Below are positions 25,927 through 36,600 of a stretch of DNA of 64,000 nt, piece after piece; position 1 is the stretch's first letter; each line of letters starts with the position of its first letter. This DNA is from an uncultured Clostridia bacterium. Its GTDB lineage: Bacteria; Bacillota; Clostridia; Christensenellales; UBA1242. The position numbers and the translations under genes were made by a program. Below the pieces are notes generated by a model. The model saw only the letters and a list, made by a program, of their open reading frames with translations. It had not been told where the DNA came from and searched no databases. Location of the stretch: NCBI GenBank assembly GCA_947624415.1, contig CANQKH010000001.1, forward strand, positions 33,604-97,603, read 5' to 3'.

Positions 25927-26075
25927 CATTTTATTAAAAATTTTTTATTTTTTATTTTTTAAAACTCTATATATTTTTCCGCTTATATATTTTCAATCTT
26001 TTGCATAAAATAAATTTGAAGATTTTCTTATCCTATATTTTTATTAAAAAATATGAAAAAATTTTATTTTAGGTA

Positions 26076-26104
26076 TTGAAAAACTTTTTTATATGTGCTA
26101 TAAT
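26076..26104 (+). promoter_or_regulatory. Sigma-A promoter with extended -10
   Basis: TTGAAA (26076-26081), 17-nt spacer ending in TGc, TATAAT (26099-26104). GGAGGA SD and ATG at 26124. Confidence 0.7.
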
Positions 26105-26123
26105 ATACATACATGGAGGAAAT

Positions 26124-27887
26124 ATGTCTAAACTATTGATTAAAATTTTATCAATTTGTGCCTTAGTAGTTCTTTTACCACTTGTTGTAGTGGGTGCTTC
26201 GTTAAGTGTTACTGAGGCAGTTGGCTGTAGTCTTACTGTTGCTTTTGCCGGAGATGAGGGCAGTGCAGATAAAACAGGAACGAATCAACTTACAAGCAGT
26301 GTCGTAATTAAGGTGGACGGCAAAGTTCAAGACACGACCACAATTAAAGTGGCTAAATACAGCGAAGTTACTGTTGTTTACAGTGGCGAAGGTTACAATT
26401 TTAAAGGTTGGTATGAAGGTGAGTATTATGAAAAGATACAGGATGAGAAACAACCTGTTGACAAAAAAGCCGAATATACATTTGAACTCACTCATGATAC
26501 CGTTCTAACTGCGGTTAGAGATATTAAAAAGTATACAATTCACTATACCGGATTCTATGATGATGGCACAACAGAGGTTGAATTGCCAGATGAAATTCGT
26601 GAATACAACGAATCTCTTGCATCACTCACACCAGTTGCACATGGAACTTGGGGTGGTTGGAGAGAAGTAAGTGCTGCCGGTAATGAAATTGGCACAACTG
26701 TTAAGTTTGCGAACTTCACTTCACCAGAAGTAACATTGACCGCAAAATGGGATGATGTAATGGTTGTAAAATATATGGATGGCGGAAATGAATTACTTTC
26801 TCAAACAGTTAGCAAGTATAATATTGAAAATCACAACCATGAACTTCCAGATACTGATAACAGCCTTGTAAAAGTTCCTACTGGTTACAAATTCTTAGGA
26901 TGGAAGGATGCACAAGGAACAAGAGTTGAATCAATCACTGAATTTGATCCAAACGGACTTACATTATATCTTGACAAGGAATTGATTGTTTACAATATTA
27001 CAGTATATGAAAATGACAATCAGCAATTTGCAAATGAAATAACATACGACGTAGAAAAAGGATTTGTTGGACTTACAGAGAAAGTTAAGAAAGAAGGATA
27101 TCAAGTTAAGTCATATAAATTCAATAACACATCTTATGAATCTCTTGACAATCTTGCAATTGCAATTCTTCAATCTGCTGAAACAAATATTGATTTAACA
27201 GTAGAATGGAAACTTTCTAAGGTTACATTAACAGTTAAATTCAATGCTAAATCAGATGATACTGCAACAATCACTTATAACGATGTTGACAAGACATTCT
27301 CACAATATGGAGTAACAAGAGAAGGATACAGATTAGTTGGATTAAAGTTTAAAGGTCAAACATATAATTATGCAAATGGCACATATGAAGGCTTAGGCGA
27401 TGCAATAATGGCTGAAGGTGCAGAAACTGTTGAAGTAACTGCAGTTTGGGAAAGCGAATATGGCACTTACAACTTCTATGTATTTGCATCATATTATGAC
27501 ACAACATTACCTCAAAACCCTGAGAAAGAGGCTTGGGTAGATGGCAGACGTTTAGACGAAGAAGCAACAGTTATTCAATTTGTTGACGAAGAAGCAAAAC
27601 CAAATGCTGTTGCAAAAGACTTACAAGACAACATATTCGATGAATACATTGGTTCAAGCACAATAAGCAAAGATGCTGAGGCAAGCCAAACCTTAACATT
27701 CACAGGTGATGTAGTAATTACTATGAAGACAACAAATGGCACAACAAAAACATTTACACTTGCCGGCCTTGACACATCATCTACAGTATTAACTTATTTC
27801 AAGGTTCTTGCATTCTTAGAGGAAAGTGTTTCAGCTGAGTTATTTGCAGACTTACAAGATGTTACAATCACATTCATTTATGAATAA
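26124..27887 (+). CDS. Secreted/anchored surface protein with several Flg_new (Listeria-Bacteroides) type repeats
   Basis: Hydrophobic N-terminus (ILSICALVVLLPLVVVGASL). Repeat signatures GYNFKGWYEG, GYKFLGWKDAQG, GYQVKSYKF and GYRLVGLKF. The track start at 26076 lies inside the promoter. Confidence 0.75.
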   Translation: MSKLLIKILSICALVVLLPLVVVGASLSVTEAVGCSLTVAFAGDEGSADKTGTNQLTSSVVIKVDGKVQDTTTIKVAKYSEVTVVYSGEGYNFKGWYEGEYYEKIQDEKQPVDKKAEYTFELTHDTVLTAVRDIKKYTIHYTGFYDDGTTEVELPDEIREYNESLASLTPVAHGTWGGWREVSAAGNEIGTTVKFANFTSPEVTLTAKWDDVMVVKYMDGGNELLSQTVSKYNIENHNHELPDTDNSLVKVPTGYKFLGWKDAQGTRVESITEFDPNGLTLYLDKELIVYNITVYENDNQQFANEITYDVEKGFVGLTEKVKKEGYQVKSYKFNNTSYESLDNLAIAILQSAETNIDLTVEWKLSKVTLTVKFNAKSDDTATITYNDVDKTFSQYGVTREGYRLVGLKFKGQTYNYANGTYEGLGDAIMAEGAETVEVTAVWESEYGTYNFYVFASYYDTTLPQNPEKEAWVDGRRLDEEATVIQFVDEEAKPNAVAKDLQDNIFDEYIGSSTISKDAEASQTLTFTGDVVITMKTTNGTTKTFTLAGLDTSSTVLTYFKVLAFLEESVSAELFADLQDVTITFIYE

Positions 27888-27896
27888 AAATAAGAA

Positions 27897-27928
27897 AATT
27901 CTATACTAAATTGTATAGAATTTTTTTT
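27897..27928 (+). terminator. Rho-independent terminator
   Basis: AATTCTATAC (27897-27906) pairs with GTATAGAATT (27913-27922), then a T-run. Confidence 0.75.
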
Positions 27929-27955
27929 GCATTATTTTTAAAGATATGATATTAT
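27927..27955 (+). promoter_or_regulatory. Sigma-A promoter positioned for leaderless engB mRNA
   Basis: TTGCAT (27927-27932), 17-nt spacer ending in TGa, TATTAT (27950-27955), 6 nt, then ATG at 27962. No SD. Confidence 0.5.
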
Positions 27956-27961
27956 ATATTT

Positions 27962-28558
27962 ATGAATATAAATAAAGCAATATATTTGACAAGCGTTGCA
28001 AATTCAAAGGATTTAATTAATGATGGTGTTCCAGAATTTGCCTTTGTGGGGAGAAGTAATGTTGGTAAATCATCCCTTTTAAATTATATTACAGGAAAGA
28101 GGGAACTCGCCAAAACTTCATCGACCCCAGGAAAAACAAAACTGGTAAACTACTTTCTTGTAAATGATTTTCGGTTTGTTGACTTGCCAGGATATGGGTT
28201 TGCCAAGGTCGGTAAATCACAAAAAGATGTGTGGTCATCACTTATGGGTGATTATCTTTTGTCATCAAAATCGCTTGTTTTGACGTTTTTATTGCTTGAC
28301 TGCCGACATCTCCCAACTGATCAGGATAAGCAAATGATAAATTATCTTATGCACTACAATCTTCCTTTTATGATAATAATAACTAAGATTGACAAACTTT
28401 CAAAACTGGCATTAAACAAAAATATAAAAAAGATTGCATATGAACTTAAATTACGCGAGGAGATGTTTGTTGCTGTAAGTTCGCAGGCAAAATTGGGGAG
28501 AGAAAAACTTTTGGATATTATTGAGGCAAGATTAAGTCTATTTGAAGGTGGGAAGTAA
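27962..28558 (+). CDS. engB: Ribosome-biogenesis GTPase EngB/YsxC/YihA
   Basis: G1 GRSNVGKSSLLN and G3 VDLPGYGFA. The N-terminal length matches my memory of B. subtilis YsxC. Confidence 0.9.
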   Translation: MNINKAIYLTSVANSKDLINDGVPEFAFVGRSNVGKSSLLNYITGKRELAKTSSTPGKTKLVNYFLVNDFRFVDLPGYGFAKVGKSQKDVWSSLMGDYLLSSKSLVLTFLLLDCRHLPTDQDKQMINYLMHYNLPFMIIITKIDKLSKLALNKNIKKIAYELKLREEMFVAVSSQAKLGREKLLDIIEARLSLFEGGK

Positions 28559-29774
28559 TTTGAAAGAATACATTGAAATTATTGAAGGAATTGGATATGA
28601 CGGAGAAGGGGTTTGCCGAATAAATGGCAAGGTCGTTTTTGTTCCCTATGCCTTAAGGGGTGAAAGAGTAAAATTGGAAATTGTAAAGGTAAAATCTTCA
28701 TTTTCAAAGGCAAAACTTTTGAATGTAATTGAAGCAAGCGACGAAAGAGAAATTCCTCCATGTCCATATTATGGCAGGTGTGGTGGATGCTCATATCAAC
28801 ACACCAATTATCAAAATGAGTTAAAGATTAAAAAAGAATTGCTTTCAAATCAAATGAAAAAGGTGGGCTATAATGGGCAGATAAATGTTCATCCATCACG
28901 ACAGGAATATGCCTATCGTAATAAAATAAAATTATTTGTAGGACAAGAAGGTCTGTCATTAAAAAAGGAAGAAAACCTGTGCCATATTGATAAATGTATG
29001 CTTGTGAGTGATGAAGTAAACGAGGCAATAGTTAAAATAGACAAGTTTATAAGAAAGCATATTGACGTCTTTGATGAGGTTACAATTAGAGAAGAAAACA
29101 AACAAATTATAGTGGTGTTCGACAAGATAAAAGATGAAGAAATTGACTATCAAGGCATATTTTTGGTGCTTGGCAGAAATGTTGGAATATTTGAAAGTTT
29201 TAAGGGTTTTATCTCTCACATAATGGGCATAAGCGAACTAGAAAGGGAAGAAATGGGGTTAAAATGCCACTTTTCACCAAAATCTTTTCATCAAGTGAAC
29301 AAATTTTTGTTTGAAGAACTATACGAAGAGGTCTTAAAGAATATAGTGGGCGAAAGGGTTGTCAATTGTTATAGTGGTGCGGGACTGCTGAGTGGAATAA
29401 TTGCACAACAACATGAAGTTGTCGGCATTGAACTTGGAGAGAATGAACACAATGACGCAGAACTATTAAAGAAAGAAAATAATTTAACAAATCTTAAAAA
29501 CCTACAAGGCGATTGCGGAGTTTTACTTAATGGTTTAAATTGCGATACTCTCATAACAGACCCACCACGCAAGGGAATGAGCAAAGAAGTTGTTGATGCT
29601 ATAAATGAGATGAAATGCAAACGAGTTATTTATGTTTCTTGCGATAGTGCAACAATGGTGAGGGATATAGGCCGACTAAAAAATTATATTGTGAAGGATG
29701 TAAGCCTTTTTGATATGTTTGCAAGGACAGGGGAATATGAAACATTGGCAATATTAGAAAGAGAGGGAATATGA
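28542..29774 (+). CDS. RumA/TrmA-family RNA (uracil-C5)-methyltransferase with TRAM domain and Fe-S Cys cluster
   Basis: TRAM-like N-terminus, CPYYGRCGGCSYQH cluster, catalytic YVSCDSATMVRD. Start uncertain: TTG 28542, GTG 28548 or TTG 28560, the last best placed after GGTGGGAAG. Confidence 0.85.
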   Translation: MKVGSNLKEYIEIIEGIGYDGEGVCRINGKVVFVPYALRGERVKLEIVKVKSSFSKAKLLNVIEASDEREIPPCPYYGRCGGCSYQHTNYQNELKIKKELLSNQMKKVGYNGQINVHPSRQEYAYRNKIKLFVGQEGLSLKKEENLCHIDKCMLVSDEVNEAIVKIDKFIRKHIDVFDEVTIREENKQIIVVFDKIKDEEIDYQGIFLVLGRNVGIFESFKGFISHIMGISELEREEMGLKCHFSPKSFHQVNKFLFEELYEEVLKNIVGERVVNCYSGAGLLSGIIAQQHEVVGIELGENEHNDAELLKKENNLTNLKNLQGDCGVLLNGLNCDTLITDPPRKGMSKEVVDAINEMKCKRVIYVSCDSATMVRDIGRLKNYIVKDVSLFDMFARTGEYETLAILEREGI

Positions 29775-30313
29775 AAATAACATATTTAAAAGATATTAAT
29801 TTAAGAGATATAAGGATATTTGTAAGCACGCCTGCCACAGGAAAGAGTTATTTGGAGAAGAATTATGATTGTTTTGTGGATATGGATGCCCTAAAAGCAA
29901 AATATAAATATGGACTTTTAAGCGATGAAGAGATTGAGTTAAGCAAAGGTAATCATGACATTTTAAAAACCAAAGGTGGCTCTGTCGAATATATTTCAAA
30001 TCAAATTGATGAATTATTGACAAGGACAAACAAAATATTATTGTTTGCACCCAATCCGCAGATTGTAGAGGTTATAAATAATAAAAAATTGCCATATTGC
30101 CTTGTTTATACAAGTATGGACACAGTTGAAGAGATAAGAAGCAGAATGCGAGAGAGAGGCAACCAAGAAAATTTTATTAAGGCGATGACCGACCCATTTC
30201 CAGACTTTTATGCAAATCATACTGCAGATTCTAGACCTGCCGTCAAGGTTATTCTTGACAAGGGAGAACACCTCGCCGACCTCATACTTCCAGTGATAAA
30301 TGGTCAAAATTAA
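29771..30313 (+). CDS. Small protein with a deviant Walker A-like motif (kinase/NTPase-like?)
   Basis: STPATGKSYLE near the N-terminus. ATGA overlap with the upstream methyltransferase gene. 180 aa. Confidence 0.45.
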   Translation: MKITYLKDINLRDIRIFVSTPATGKSYLEKNYDCFVDMDALKAKYKYGLLSDEEIELSKGNHDILKTKGGSVEYISNQIDELLTRTNKILLFAPNPQIVEVINNKKLPYCLVYTSMDTVEEIRSRMRERGNQENFIKAMTDPFPDFYANHTADSRPAVKVILDKGEHLADLILPVINGQN

Positions 30314-30520
30314 CAAAAAATGCCATTTTTTTGCAATTTTTAAGCAAAAAAACATAAATTATCATAAAAAACACAAAAAATATTGAAAATTTTTATTTTA
30401 AAATATTGATTTATTATAGCCAGGATTATTAAATTATTAATGGGAAATTGAATTTTTTAAATGAAAAATTGAACTAAAAATTCAAACAATAATTTTGTGT
30501 TTAAGGGGGTTGATTTTTTG

Positions 30521-30550
30521 AAATCTATAGTTATACTATAGATTTTTTTT
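30521..30550 (+). terminator. Orphan hairpin + T-run ~200 nt downstream of the nearest stop codon
   Basis: AAATCTATAG (30521-30530) pairs with CTATAGATTT (30536-30545), loop TTATA, then TTTTT. Confidence 0.55.
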
Positions 30551-30622
30551 AAATAAGAGCCATTTTGTTTGCTAAAAAGATTAAAAAATGTTATTATGAA
30601 GATACTAAGGAAGGGTATTTGT

Positions 30623-33600
30623 ATGAAAAAAAAGATGTTTTTGTTGCTTATGCTTGTCCTATTGCCCTTTGGGCTGTTTACCGCCTGCAATAGTAAGCCA
30701 AGCATAAAGGGTGATTTTAAAAAAAGCGAGTATACTATTTCGTTGTCCAATGAAATAGGATTTTTAAATGAGTTCGATGTTGTTGGCGTGGATGCAAAGG
30801 ATGTTAAGTTTGTTTCCTCAAATGAAGATATACTTTCGCCAAAAGCAGATGGTGTATTTGAAGGAATAGCCTCCGGTAACGCATACATATTTGCAAGAAT
30901 AAACAACAAAAACATAGCAAAAGCAAAGGTTAATGTTAAATATAAATTCTCTTCGCCTCAAAACTTAAAAATGAGTGAGGGCGTGTTCACCTTTGACCCT
31001 TCCTATATAATCAAAGATAATAAACAAATAATTGCCAAACGCCATGAGTTAAAATATAAAATTGATGATGGCGAAGAAGAAAGTGTAGTTATTGAAAATG
31101 GTGAAACAAGTTATACTTTCACTCAAAAAGGTGTCTATGAGATAAGCCTTCGAGCGTTGGGAGATGATGCCGAGAAGATTGATGCTTCAAATGAAAAAAC
31201 TGGAATTTTCACTTTGGGTGTTATGATGCCAGCAACCGACTTTAATTATGTTTGCTCTGAAAGTTTAAATCAAAATACCCAATTCACATGGCAGTGCGAT
31301 GAAGACCAGGTGCTTTTTGATATTTACATAGATGGTTTGAGAGTAGAAAAGGATTTGACGAATAGAGCATTTGAATATAATTTCAACGCATATGCTGAAA
31401 ATTCTTTAATTTCATTAAAAATTGTTTCAAAAGATGTTGAAGGGAAAAGAGATGACACTTCAATCGAATTTATGCTTAACGTTTTGCCTACTCCAGAAAT
31501 AGATTATATTTTTAACAACGATGGTTACTTATCTTGGGCTGACGACGAAAATGCAACAAAGTATAAACTATCAATTTTTGATGAAAATGAATTAAGCCAA
31601 GAAATCCGTGATTTTAGCCAAGGGGCAAGTTTAGTTGAGTATCTTGATGATATGTCAGAGGGAGTTTATAAAGTTAACGTTATGGCCATTGGTGGAATCA
31701 AGAATGGCAAAAACAGTTTAAACAGCAAGTTGTCAAATGATATTGAGGTGGGGAAACTTGCTGTAAAGAAGCCGGAAGTTAAATTTGAAGGAAATACAGC
31801 AAAAATAAAATTCCAAGAAGACGAATACGTAACAAATTATAGAATTTCCTGCGAAGGAAGAGATATGTTGTATGACACAACAAATGGCGACACAGCAGAA
31901 TTTGACCTTTCATTTTTAAGTGCTGGCGAGCATTACTTACAGTTCACGGCATTGCCAACGCCAGACCAAAATTCGCAAACTAAGGTTAAAGAATTTAGAT
32001 TTAATTCAAAGATAGTTTCAAGAGTAGTTAATTCACAAACTCTTGATTATAAGATTTATAAACTTGGCGATTTTACAACAATTTATCATAATCTTAGCCT
32101 AGGCACTTCAATTCTTACATTTAATGCAATACCAGACGCAAATTATTACAAAGTTTATGTAAATGACCAATTCATAAAAACTCACACTACGACAAGCACA
32201 AATCTTATTTCAATTGAGTTAGATTTGGAAAATCCAAACGAGAGCAACAAGTATGAAATCAAAGTGGTGGCAGGGCATGAAGAGGATGATGTTGACATTG
32301 CTATTCTCAGCGAGGGGCAAAAAACTATAGAAATTTTACCTACTGTAAAAGCAAGTGAAAGCCAGGGAGATAATTATTTCAGTTGGGAGGCATTGGATGA
32401 ACATTATACATGCTCTTATGAATATAAAATTTACAAAACAAACTCATCATTTGATAAAGCCTCACGTCAATTTGTTGGAGAGGAAGATAAACCAACCAAG
32501 ACAAGCGATACAAGGACAGAAGAACTAGATGAAGGTTATTATGAAATTGAAATTACAAGCATAACGGAAGATGACGGGTATTTCCTTTCATCTAATTTCC
32601 ATGATGAAGATGGATTTGTGACATATCAATTTATTGTTAAGAAAACAATTGAGTCCCCAGAAGTTACATTCTCAGAAGAGGGGGGATTGCATCTTGATAT
32701 AAAGGTTAAGGCACACACAGGAAAAGTTACCGTTCGTGTAGACGGCGAGACAATCGAATATCCTCCATTTAGCAGTGAGAAGGATGAGGTTACTTATTAT
32801 TTTGACCAAAGATATGTTGATGAAAAATTTAAAACGGCAAAAACATATTACATAGAGGTTGAAAGCAGTGCAGGAACACTTTATGACAATACACTTTACA
32901 CACCATCTCAGCCAACAACTATTCATGTTACAAGAATCAAAAATCCACGAATAGAAGTTGAAGATAAATATGACAACTTTGACAAGTTAAATCATCAAAT
33001 TTTGCATATAATTGATGAAACTAAGTTGTCAAAAGAGGCGATTGTTTTGTTAAGTGGCTCTCAAAAATCATGCGAAGAGGGATTTGACCTTAATTTGTTT
33101 GACCAAGCAAAATACTATGACCTTGATTTATTTGACCAAGCAGAATATGGTGGAAATTTTGTTTTAAACATGACATTAAAGGCAAAAGAAGGGGAAGGAA
33201 ATGAATATTATATAAGTTCAATTCCAACTGATTATAAGTTTAGAAGAATTGCAACTCCAAGCTTATTAAAATATGAAGAGGGATTGGTAACTTGGGAAAA
33301 CACCGATGATTTGACAGAAAAATATTATTTTTCAATTACATTAACAAACTCACTTTCTTCCACCACAAGCAGGAGATTTTTCTTAGAAAATCCTGCCGAA
33401 ACTGAATTTGAATTCCAAAATTACATCAATGAAATATTAAAAAGTGATGATGAAAGCGATGTCCAATTTGCAAATGCTTACAATATGGCAGAGGGAATTG
33501 AAATAGAGGTTGTGGCATATAAAAATGGCTATAATGAAGATGAAGACCAATATATTCTTTGTTCTGCAAATGCCAATGCTGTTATGGGAGGAAGTATTCT

Positions 33601-36600
33601 TCGCCTTGAAGCACTCAAAGCACCTGTTCTTGAATTTGACAAGGCAGAGGGAATTATAAAGTGGAACAAAGAAAATATTAATGAAAACCTTAGAGAGCGT
33701 TGCAAATATGACATTTACGTTAATGGCAGTCCTGCGCCTATAATAGAAAATTACACAAGCACATCAATTTCCAAAGATGAACTTGCAGATGACTATACCC
33801 AAGGCGTTACAATTGAAATTAGGGTTCGACACCCTGAGCAATTAGACTCCAAACTTTCAAGTCCAATATATATTAAGAAACTTATTTCTCCATCAAAAGT
33901 AATTGTTGGAGTAAATTCGGGCAATTACACACTTTCAATACCTGTAGAAGATTCTACACTTACTCAAAGCGTTAAATTAAATGAAGAAGAAATTAATGAT
34001 TTTAAAACTGGAAACACAACAGCCTACACACAATTAATAGATAAACAAGGCGAGCAAACAATAATTTTCGTTGCAATAGAGGGTAGAAATAACAATTATT
34101 ATATCGATTCAGACCCAGTTACAATAAACCTTGTCAATCTTTCAAATCAAGAGTTTACTGCCGAGATTGAAGGAAATGATTTAGTATGGTCAAATCCTTG
34201 CGAAGATTGGGAGACTGGCAATGATGGAATATTAAAATACAGGATGTCAGTTGTTGTAAACAAAGAAAGTGTCAACAATTCAAGAACTTACGAACTCGAA
34301 TACTTTAATGAATTTTATGATCAGGACTTAAAGAAAAGCACAATGACGCTTGAAAAGTTTGAACAAGAAGTATTTGAAAAATGTAATGGAGGAAAATTAT
34401 CTCAAAAAGTTGCAATAACTGTATCTGCTTTAATTAGCAGAGAATATCAATGCAATGTTGGCGAAGGAACTACTATTTATTATGGCAATTGTAAGTCAGA
34501 GTTAAGTGTTGATAAACTTGAAAGCGTTGGCGAGGTGTCATTTGAGGTTGTAAATAACAAAAACACCAATTTAAGCCAAATTGAGAAAATGGCAAACTCA
34601 TCAATTAAAATCACATTTAATGACGTTTGGACTGGCAAATATGATAACATAAAATTTAAGATTAAATTTTTAGACTTGAAGTTGCCAAATGATGAAGAAG
34701 AATATGTCCTTAATGCAAATATAGAGGAAAACCTTGAGAGTATTTATCGAACATTTGAATATAAGGACGGAAAATTCTCTTTAACCATTATTCCGCAAGC
34801 CATTGCAGCACTTGGAAATGATTATGCTATAAAACCTGGCAATACAAACTTCACAATTCAAGTTTGCAGAGAAGGTTCAATAGATTCAGATTTAAAGGAG
34901 GATTTATATTTCCAAAAATTTGATGTTCCAAGATCGCAAATAAATGATGATGGATTGCTTACCGTTGACCCAATTGACGATGCAGAATTTTATGTAGAGA
35001 TAAAATGTGGGGAAGATGTTTTTGAAAGAAATCTTGAAGAAAATAGGCTTGATTTAATGCAAGAAATTCTGCTTGGCAAAAGTGGAACATACAGTGTAAA
35101 AATTTTGGCATTCAGTAGTAAACCAATCTTGCCAAGTAGTATAATGGAAAAATCGGGAGACAAACTGAAAGGCATTGAAGATATTTACATTGATGAATTT
35201 GGAATAATCAACATTCAATTATTTCAAGAAGAAGATGGCAAAGATAACATTTTATTTGAGGCATACAGAGAGGATGGAGGTGAGCCAAAAGCATTCACGC
35301 CAACTCCTGTTCAAGATACAACAGCGCTTTATCAATATTCACTTCTTGATATGTTATACACTTTTAATACAAATCTTTCTTACGATACAGGAAAACAGCA
35401 ATTCTATATAACTATTCGCGATAACAGTCTAGAATCAATTAAATCAGACTCAAAACTTATTGAATTTTTCTATAGCACCGAAAAAGAGGAAGACGATGCG
35501 GCATTACAGAAGATAAATTCATTAGATAAAGACTATATTATATATAATATTAACAATAATGTTCCAACCACAGGTTTTGTAATTGATGTAACATTTACAA
35601 AATATACAGAAAAAATTGTTGAGCCACCAGAACCAGAGCCAGAGCCAACCGACCCAGATGAACCTGGAGAAGGAGATTTGGATATTTCAGTTCAGCAAAG
35701 ATCGGTGGAAATTGTAGAGGAACTTGTTACTATTCGAGTGTTTAAAAGAGCGGACGAAGTGAGAGGTTTCTGGGCAAAATCGACAGAAGATGAAAGTGAT
35801 AAAGGTGTTTTTGTAACAGAAAAAGACAACACTCAAAAATCGAAATATCAAGAATGCTTTGCAATATGCATAGGTGATATATTAAGTTCAATAGAAGATG
35901 AAGTTGGCGGAAAAGTCAAAATTAAAGTTTCAAGAGTGGGCGAAAAGGATGGCAAAGTGCAATTCAGCCCAACCATATTTGACGTTTATCACTTAAATGC
36001 AGTTGAAAATGCCGAAGTTACAAACAATTCTGTAAGAATGGATTGGGAAAATCAGTTTGGAGATGAGATTGCTCCAAATCAATACCTTATATATCTTTTA
36101 ACCGACAATAAAATAATTAAAAGATATTATTCATCAGAAAAATATTTAGATCTTACAAAAATTGATATATTAGAGGGAACTACTTATACTTTACAAATAA
36201 GGGCTATAAGTTTTGAAAATACAATTATAAGTTCAGATTTGGGTAGTGATGAATTAACATTTAAAAAATATCATAAACCAATGGCTATTGAAGTTCGAGA
36301 CGGCAAATTGATGTTCAAGAAAGAGAGTTTTGAAAAATCCAAGTTTATTGAAGATATAAACACTGTGTTTGGTGCTTCTTCAACGGGTGGAAAGGCTTAC
36401 TATCAGCTTATAATGGAGGAAACAATCTCTTATCAAGACCCGGTTGACTTTGAGCCAGGAAACCTTGCAAGCCAAGATATAGTTTTGCAATTTGAAAAAC
36501 TTGGTTCTCTTGAAACATACACAATGAGAGTTAAGGCATATAAATTGTTCCCTGATGTTGATATTACGACAAGAGGGAGTATAAAAAGGTCATATGTTGA

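Noticed and set aside
26076-26123. N-terminal extensions given by the ORF track (also 21381-21425, 30569-30622, 43426-43542, 54402-54422, 60789-60806)
   Set aside because: At 26076 and 60806 the extra start codon falls inside the promoter hexamers or spacer. Elsewhere the extension lies in AT-rich upstream DNA or the end of the preceding gene and lacks an SD. In each case the internal ATG follows a good SD, coincides with the predicted TSS, or begins a proper signal peptide.
25464-26124. Integrated mobile element at the tRNA-Ala 3' end
   Set aside because: The duplicated tRNA 3' ends are only 99 bp apart, and there is no integrase, excisionase or cargo between or beside them.
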